DNA from: an uncultured Spirochaetota bacterium
GTDB taxonomy: Bacteria; Spirochaetota; Spirochaetia; SZUA-6; Fen-1364
Length of the DNA: 64,000 nucleotides
NCBI GenBank assembly: GCA_963820525.1
Contig: CAWGAA010000003.1
Coordinates: 640,001 to 704,000 of the forward strand
Direction: 5' to 3'
A program made the position numbers and the translations under genes. The notes under the pieces were generated by a model, which was not told the DNA's origin, made no database searches, and was given only the letters and a program-made list of their open reading frames with translations. This document shows positions 58,019 to 64,000 of this stretch, piece by piece. Position 1 is the stretch's first letter. Each line of letters opens with the position of its first letter.

Positions 58019-61000
58019 ATGACACTGCGCGAAAAACTCGGCTACCGGCCCATGGAGCTCGCCTTCGGGACGAGCGGCCTGCGCGGCCTCGTGCGTGACA
58101 TCACGAACCTCGAAGCGTATATCGGGACGCGGGGGTTTCTCGCCCACCTTCTGGATTCCTCACAGGTGAGGCCCGGAGACACAGTGTACATCGCCGGAGA
58201 TCTTCGCCCAAGCACGGACTGCCTCGTGAGCGGCGAAGAGGGAAGAGGCGAGATCGCTCAAGCAGCGGCCAAGGCGGTGGAGGCCGCCGGACTTCGCGTC
58301 GGCTACGTGGGCAAGATCCCCACTCCGGCCTTGATGCTCTACGCCATGCGCCGCTCTTCGTCAAGCATCATGGTGACGGGGAGTCACATCCCCTTTGACA
58401 GGAACGGCATCAAGTTCAACAAGCCCTCCGGGGAGATCCTCAAATCCGACGAGGCTCACATCCTCGCGGCCATGAAGAGGATCAGGGCCGCGGAGTACGG
58501 CAGGCCGGCGGAAAAAAGCTTCTTCGACTCGAGCGGGATGCTCAAGCCTGCCCACAGGAAGCCCCTCCCCCCCATCGACGAGCGGGCCCGAAAAGAGTAT
58601 ACGGAGCGCTACGTCGCCGCGTTCCCCAAGGGAGCACTGGCCGGATGCCGGATCCTTGTCTGGCAGCATTCCGCCGTCGGACGCGACATCCTCACGGAAA
58701 TTCTACATAAGTTGGGGGCCGATGCGGTTCCCGTGGGAAGGAGCGACGTGTTCGTGCCCGTGGACACGGAAGCCGTCGGCAGGGAAACCCTCGAGCTGAT
58801 CCAGGGCCTGGTTGATGCCAATGACGGAGCCTCCATCGGCGCGGCGGTTTCCACCGATGGAGACGGCGACAGGCCCCTCGTCCTCGGCGTGGAGCGGGGC
58901 AGGGTCCGCTTCTTTCCCGGCGACCTCCTGGGCCTGGCTGCCGCGGATTTCCTGGGCGCCAGAAGGATAGCCGTTCCCATAAGCGTTAATGACGCGGTGG
59001 ACATCGCCTTCTCCGCAAAAGGAGTCGTACCGGTAAAAACCCGTATCGGCTCACCCTATGTCGTGGCTGCCATGGAGGAAGTGGGGTGGGAAGCCAACGG
59101 GGGATTTCTCACCGCCGCCCCCATCGCCGTGCCCGGCGGAGGGACCCTGGAACCGCTCCCCACCCGCGACGCGGTGCTTCCCATCCTTTCGGTTCTTTCT
59201 GCGTCGCTGGGGCGCGGCAAGAGCCTGGCCGCCCTCTTCGATCTGCTGCCCCCGCGTTTCGGACGGTCAGCCCTGCTCAGGGAGTTTCCCCGCGAGAAAT
59301 CCCTCGCCATTGTCGAGCTGCTCTCCCCTCGCCGCCTGAGCCTGACCGAGGCGAGATTTTCCAAGGGGAGCGTCTCGGCGCTGAAAACAGGCACAGGCTG
59401 CGAAGAGCTTGCCGCGGGCAGCCCGGCCGCCGCGGAGCTGGCCGCGCTTCGGACCTTCATCGGGAAGTATTTCACCCCGGGGGATGGCTTTGGCGAGGTC
59501 TCATGGATCAATTGGCTTGACGGGGTGCGGATCGGGTTTGCCAACGGGGACGTGGCCCATATCCGCCCCTCGGGCAACGCACCGGAGCTCAGGCTCTACG
59601 CCAACGCGGACAGCCAGGAGCGCGCGGACCTCATAGCCTCCCTGGGCACGCGGGAGGGCGGAATCCTCAGGCGGCTGGAGGCGCACGCTGAAGAGCAGTG
59701 GGCAATAGCGGCGTTCAGGGCCCGCCCCGCCGCCGTGCATCTTCAGGGCGCCATCCAGAGCTACTCCTGGGGCGGATCCCGGTTTATCCCCGAGCTGACA
59801 GGCATGGACAACAGCGAAGGCCGCCCCTTCGCCGAGCTGTGGATCGGTGCGCATCCTCGCGCCCCTGCCCTCGCCCGGCTGCCGGTTCCGCAAGCAGGGC
59901 GGCCGGGAGAACATGCAGGCGTCATGCCAGTGGCGCTGGATCGGCTCATAGCGGAGGCTGGGGAGGCCGTTCTCGGTGCCGCCGTTTCGCGCGGCTTCGG
60001 CGGGAAGCTTCCGTACCTCCTGAAGGTGCTGGACGCCCGCTCCATGCTCTCCATTCAGGCGCATCCCTCAAAGGCCCAGGCCGAGGCCGGCTTTGCCCGC
60101 GAGACTGCGGCAGGCATCCCCATCACCGCCGCCAACAGGACGTACGCGGACGAGAATCACAAGCCCGAGGTCCACGTCGCCCTCACCGACTTCTGGATGC
60201 TTCACGGCTTCCGGCGGCTGGAGCAGATCGCATCGATCCTGCGGTCAAAGGGCGGCAGAGCCGCGCTCCGAGCGCCGGAAATCGCAAAGGCCATGCCGGA
60301 TTTCGGAGCTCGCCTGAAAGACGCGGGACCGGATGAGCGGGCCAGGCGCGCGCTCCTTCGAGAGCTGTATGAGAGACTCATGACCATGCCGCAGGAGGAG
60401 GTGGACCGCGTCCTGAAGCCGCTTGTCGAAAGACTCCGAAGGGCCCAGCCTTCGGACAAGGATTCTCCCGACTATTGGGCGCTGGAAGCGGCCCGCTCTT
60501 TCACGCGCGACGGACATCTGGACCGCGGCGTCTTCTCCATCTATCTTCTCAACCTGGTCCGTTTGCGGCCCGGCCAGGGCACCTACCAGCCCTCCGGGAC
60601 GCTCCACGCATACCTGGAAGGGGCGAATGTCGAGCTCATGGCAAACTCCGACAATGTGCTTCGCGGAGGGCTCACGACAAAGCATGTAGACACGGCAGAG
60701 CTTCTGGCCATCCTCACCTTCGAAAGCGGCGCGCCTCCCGTTCTGGAAGGGCAGGAAATCTCTGAAACCGAGAGGGTTTACACTGCCCCGGCCCGAGAGT
60801 TTCTCCTGTCGCGCATTGAAGCTGCCCCTCATATCCCGCACAGGGCACGCGGGTCTCACGGACCGGACTGTCTCATCGTGATGGAGGGCGAGGCGGAGCT
60901 GAAGGCCGCCGGCGATCTGCTCCCTCTCAAGCGGGGAGGGATCGCACTTGTTCCCGCCGGGCTCCCCTACACCATCGAGTCACGCGCGGGCACGGCCGTC

Positions 61001-61039
61001 GTCTTCAAGGCAGGAGTGCCCGCGGCGGTCGGGAAATAG
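58019..61039 (+). CDS. Fused phosphomannomutase + class I mannose-6-phosphate isomerase (ManB-ManA)
   Basis: PMM: FGTSGLRG, VTGSHIP, TDGDGDRP, WEANGG, HIRPSGNAPELR; PMI: QSYSWG, AELWIGAHP, LSIQAHP, NHKPE, HAYLEG, ELMANSDNVLRGGLT. Confidence 0.92.
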   Translation: MTLREKLGYRPMELAFGTSGLRGLVRDITNLEAYIGTRGFLAHLLDSSQVRPGDTVYIAGDLRPSTDCLVSGEEGRGEIAQAAAKAVEAAGLRVGYVGKIPTPALMLYAMRRSSSSIMVTGSHIPFDRNGIKFNKPSGEILKSDEAHILAAMKRIRAAEYGRPAEKSFFDSSGMLKPAHRKPLPPIDERARKEYTERYVAAFPKGALAGCRILVWQHSAVGRDILTEILHKLGADAVPVGRSDVFVPVDTEAVGRETLELIQGLVDANDGASIGAAVSTDGDGDRPLVLGVERGRVRFFPGDLLGLAAADFLGARRIAVPISVNDAVDIAFSAKGVVPVKTRIGSPYVVAAMEEVGWEANGGFLTAAPIAVPGGGTLEPLPTRDAVLPILSVLSASLGRGKSLAALFDLLPPRFGRSALLREFPREKSLAIVELLSPRRLSLTEARFSKGSVSALKTGTGCEELAAGSPAAAELAALRTFIGKYFTPGDGFGEVSWINWLDGVRIGFANGDVAHIRPSGNAPELRLYANADSQERADLIASLGTREGGILRRLEAHAEEQWAIAAFRARPAAVHLQGAIQSYSWGGSRFIPELTGMDNSEGRPFAELWIGAHPRAPALARLPVPQAGRPGEHAGVMPVALDRLIAEAGEAVLGAAVSRGFGGKLPYLLKVLDARSMLSIQAHPSKAQAEAGFARETAAGIPITAANRTYADENHKPEVHVALTDFWMLHGFRRLEQIASILRSKGGRAALRAPEIAKAMPDFGARLKDAGPDERARRALLRELYERLMTMPQEEVDRVLKPLVERLRRAQPSDKDSPDYWALEAARSFTRDGHLDRGVFSIYLLNLVRLRPGQGTYQPSGTLHAYLEGANVELMANSDNVLRGGLTTKHVDTAELLAILTFESGAPPVLEGQEISETERVYTAPAREFLLSRIEAAPHIPHRARGSHGPDCLIVMEGEAELKAAGDLLPLKRGGIALVPAGLPYTIESRAGTAVVFKAGVPAAVGK

Positions 61040-61133
61040 GGCGGGCGGAAAATAGATGTGGGCGGCAATTCAGGCGGGCGGCAGATGAGCCGGCAGCTTG
61101 CGCCGGCGCGTCCGCTCTCGGGGCCGCGCTCAA

Positions 61134-61769
61134 TCACTTCTTTGCGCAGACCGCAACCCCGTCGCGAACGGGCAGAATGACGGAAACCAGGTCGGTTCGG
61201 CCGAAGATCAGCTCATTGAATTTCTTCACCCCCGCCGTCATCGGATCCGCTTTCGAGCCGCCTTCCGCAACGCGCCCGTCCCACAATGCGTTGTCCGTGA
61301 TGAAAAGTCCTCCCGTTCGAAGCAGTCTCAGCGCCGTCTCGATGCTCCGGGGGTAGGCGTCCTTGTCGATATCGTTGAACACGATATCGAAGGGCCCCTT
61401 CAAGCTCTCGGCCTCTTTCAGCGCGTCTCCCACGTGGAATACGATGCGCTCGGCGCGTCCCGCCTTCCTGAAAAAACCCATGGCGAGGTCCCGGTTCTCG
61501 GCTGATGCGTCCGTGCAGTGGATCACTCCTCCGGGCTGGAGCCCGCGCGCGAACCACCACGCGGAGTAGCCGAATCCGGAACCCAGCTCCAGGATGCGGC
61601 GGGCGGAAGAGAAACGGGCGAGGATCTCCAGGAGCCTGCCGACCTGCTGTCCGATAATGGGAAACTGCCTCGCCTTTGCGTGCTTTTCCATCTCCTCGAG
61701 CACGGGATCGGAAACGACGCCGAGGGAGGAAATGTAGGTTTCGATCTCGGGGGTGACAATAGCGCCCAT
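61134..61769 (-). CDS. O-methyltransferase (caffeoyl-CoA OMT/YrrM-like)
   Basis: ILELGSGFGYS, FDIVFNDIDK, GGLFITDN, VRDGV. Confidence 0.9.
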   Translation of the reverse strand: MGAIVTPEIETYISSLGVVSDPVLEEMEKHAKARQFPIIGQQVGRLLEILARFSSARRILELGSGFGYSAWWFARGLQPGGVIHCTDASAENRDLAMGFFRKAGRAERIVFHVGDALKEAESLKGPFDIVFNDIDKDAYPRSIETALRLLRTGGLFITDNALWDGRVAEGGSKADPMTAGVKKFNELIFGRTDLVSVILPVRDGVAVCAKK

Positions 61770-61825
61770 ACTGTTCTCCTGTAAGGAGGATACATGCGCG
61801 GACGGCCGTGGGGCAAACGCCGGCC

Positions 61826-62920
61826 CTACAGGTACTTCCCGCCGAAGCGCTCCGCGATGAGGGCGTGCAGCTTCTTGATGTCCTCAGCGCTGTCCTTGCG
61901 GCAAACGAGGGTCGCATCTGGGGTGTGAACGATGATCATGTCCTGGCAGCCGATTGCGGCCAGGAGGTGGTGGGGATCGCTTGAAGCCACGAGCGTCCCA
62001 TTCGTGTCGAGGAGCGCGCTTGTTTCCGCGGAAACCGCGTTTCCCCGCGCATCGGCGGCGATGGTCCCGGCAAAGGCCGGCCATGAGCCGATGTCCAGCC
62101 ATGAGAGCTGCATGGGGACGGCGGCCACCTTCACCAGGGGATCTCGCGATGCGGGCTCCATCACGGCGTAATCTACGCTGATCTTTTTCAGCGTAGGGTA
62201 GACCTCGGCGATGAGGGAGGAAAGCCGGGGCGTTCCCCATGCATCCGCGAGGCGGGAGAGTCCGGGGAAAACATCGGGCTGATAACGGCGCAGGCAGTCG
62301 AGGAAGGTGGATGCCTTCCAGACGAACATCCCCGAGTTCCAGAGGTAACGGCGGGGGCCTTCGGCGACATAACGTTGGGCGGTTTGAAGGTCGGGCTTCT
62401 CCTCGAACTGGGAAACGATCAGGGAGCCGTGGAGAAACCCGTCGCCAAGCTTCAGGTAGCCATAGCCTGTTGAGGGGTGCGTGGGTGCGATCCCGAAAGT
62501 GACTAGGGTTTCCGGGCTTTCCTCCGCGACGCGAAATCCCTCGGCGACGATGCGGCGGAAACGGTCCTCGGGCTCGATGAGGTGATCCGCCGTGAACACG
62601 CCGATGACGGCATCGGGGTCGATCCTCGAAATGACGGCCGCGCTGTAGCCGAGCGCGGCCAGCGTATCGCGGCCGACGGGCTCCGCGATGTAGCGCTCCG
62701 CCGCGAGCTGGGGGAGCTCGCCCAGAATTGCGCCGCGGAGAGCCTCCCCCGCGCACACGTGCCGCCGCTCCACCTCCACGAGCCCTTCCAGCCTGGCGTA
62801 GGAATGCGACAGGAGGCTGCGGCCGCGGATGAAGGGGATGAGCTGCTTGGGAAGCTCGTTCCTGCTCATCGGCCACAGCCGCGTGCCGGCGCCTCCCGCG
62901 ATGATCACGGCGTGCCTCAT
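61826..62920 (-). CDS. manC: Mannose-1-phosphate guanylyltransferase (monofunctional, no PMI cupin)
   Basis: IAGGAGTRLWPMSR..PKQ, EPVGRDT, ADH, TGYGY, FEEKP, WNSGMF, SVDYAVME, WLDIGSW. Confidence 0.93.
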   Translation of the reverse strand: MRHAVIIAGGAGTRLWPMSRNELPKQLIPFIRGRSLLSHSYARLEGLVEVERRHVCAGEALRGAILGELPQLAAERYIAEPVGRDTLAALGYSAAVISRIDPDAVIGVFTADHLIEPEDRFRRIVAEGFRVAEESPETLVTFGIAPTHPSTGYGYLKLGDGFLHGSLIVSQFEEKPDLQTAQRYVAEGPRRYLWNSGMFVWKASTFLDCLRRYQPDVFPGLSRLADAWGTPRLSSLIAEVYPTLKKISVDYAVMEPASRDPLVKVAAVPMQLSWLDIGSWPAFAGTIAADARGNAVSAETSALLDTNGTLVASSDPHHLLAAIGCQDMIIVHTPDATLVCRKDSAEDIKKLHALIAERFGGKYL

Positions 62921-63001
62921 GAGCCGGCCTCGCCGCGGCGGCGGTCTCGCCTGCGCGCTGGACTGGAAAAAACCTCAAGCCCCGGGTTGCGCATGACTCC
63001 G

Positions 63002-63030
63002 AATGTAGGATCGGGGAAGACGGCTGTCAA
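63002..63030 (-). promoter_or_regulatory. sigma70 promoter of manC
   Basis: TTGACA-17-TACATT. Confidence 0.55.
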
Positions 63031-63160
63031 GCGAAAGGATGGCGTTCGGCGCTCACGAGCGCTCCGGGCCATGCCATGGAGGGCTGAGGCCGGCGCGCGG
63101 CATGGATGCCGCGAAGCGACGGCCCTTGCCACATGCCGCGGCCCTGACTTATGCTTGGCC

Positions 63161-64000
63161 ATGCAGGAGAGCGACTACCTGCCTCTGATCGAGCTTGCAC
63201 TGCGGGAAGATCTCGGGGAACTGGGCGATATCACATCTGAAGCCGCAGTTCCCGCCGAGACGGCAGCGGCGATTCTCTGGAGCAAGGACGACGGGGTCCT
63301 TGCGGGCCAGGAGGTCTTTGCCGCGGTCTTTCGCGAGGTGGATGCCTCGGTGGATGTCTCCTTCAATGCGCGTGACGGCGAGCGGCTCCGCACGGGCGAG
63401 AAGGTGGCGCGCATTCATGGCCCTATCAAGTCCCTCCTCACGGCCGAGAGGACGGCACTGAACTTCCTCTCCTTCCTCTCCGGGATTGCCACCGCCACGA
63501 GCCGCCTCGTCTCCCGCGCGGCCGTTACGGGACACGCCTCGATCCTCGACACCCGGAAGACCCTCCCCGGCTATCGCGCCCTCTCCAAGTACGCCGTGGC
63601 CATGGGCGGCGGGAGAAACCACAGGATGGGCCTGTACGACATGATCCTGATCAAGGACAATCACATCGACAGCGCCGGCTCGATATCCGCGGCGGTCCGG
63701 CGGGCGAGGCAGGCGTGGGGAACGCGGTTCTCCGTCGAAGTGGAGTGCAGGACCCAGGCCGAGGTGTCGGAAGCGCTCTCCTGCGGAGTCGACATGGTGA
63801 TGCTGGATAATATGAGCCTGGAGGAGATGCGCCAGGCGACGGCTCTGGTGGGCGGGAGGGCAAAAGTGGAAGCTTCCGGCAACATGACGGAAGAGAAGGT
63901 CGCGGAAGTGAGCGCTACAGGCGTGGACTTCATCTCGGTGGGAATGCTGACCCATTCCGCTCGCGCCTTCGATTTCTCCCTGAAGATCGGGCGGGAGGAG
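63161..64000 (+). CDS. nadC: Nicotinate-nucleotide diphosphorylase (QAPRTase), runs off the right edge; absent from the ORF track
   Basis: Manual translation: MQESDYLPLIELALREDLGELGDITS, ERTALNFL, DTRKTLPG, NHRMGLYD..LIKDNH, MLDN, EASG, LTHSA..FDFSL. Confidence 0.95.
   Translation, partial: MQESDYLPLIELALREDLGELGDITSEAAVPAETAAAILWSKDDGVLAGQEVFAAVFREVDASVDVSFNARDGERLRTGEKVARIHGPIKSLLTAERTALNFLSFLSGIATATSRLVSRAAVTGHASILDTRKTLPGYRALSKYAVAMGGGRNHRMGLYDMILIKDNHIDSAGSISAAVRRARQAWGTRFSVEVECRTQAEVSEALSCGVDMVMLDNMSLEEMRQATALVGGRAKVEASGNMTEEKVAEVSATGVDFISVGMLTHSARAFDFSLKIGREE

Noticed and set aside
61030..61100. Short degenerate repeats (GGAAATAG, GGCGGGCGG) after the PMM-PMI stop
   Set aside because: Too short and irregular to assign a function

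Overview
GC-rich bacterial chromosomal window (the omptin and the many lipoproteins suggest a diderm, possibly a spirochaete; this is inference only) with about 50 CDS. I saw no rRNA, tRNA, CRISPR array, integrase or transposase. Content, left to right: a partial Clp1-type polynucleotide kinase, D-2-hydroxyacid dehydrogenase, GH3 glucosidase, a DUF2582-like wHTH with a NadD-like protein, omptin, solute-binding protein, DUF3857 transglutaminase, acyl-CoA dehydratase activase, cydAB, a phosphoesterase, a NarL-type regulator, an MFS/glucose dehydrogenase/GH15 operon, a lower-GC block of FN3 lipoproteins, a lipA/FNR/radical SAM/UbiA/GGDEF run, an RHH-MNT/HEPN pair, kdpFABCDE, an AbiE-like pair, a trkA-trkA-smallORF-trkH operon, Trx-NHL, a PMM-PMI fusion, manC and a partial nadC. 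Best leads: (1) a lipoprotein with six FN3 repeats and a circularly permuted papain-family (C1A) protease, catalytic order Asn-Cys-His; (2) an identical three-box operator plus leaderless promoter layout upstream of both the kdp and trk operons, suggesting KdpE also controls Trk; (3) a homologue of the cyanobacterial Slr0320-type radical SAM protein directly upstream of a UbiA prenyltransferase; (4) a 45-aa membrane protein inside the trk operon that the ORF track misses; (5) a ManB-ManA fusion. Three single-base frameshifts in short base runs are probably sequencing errors, while two apparent internal deletions look more like real lesions. All family calls are from motif recognition, not database searches.
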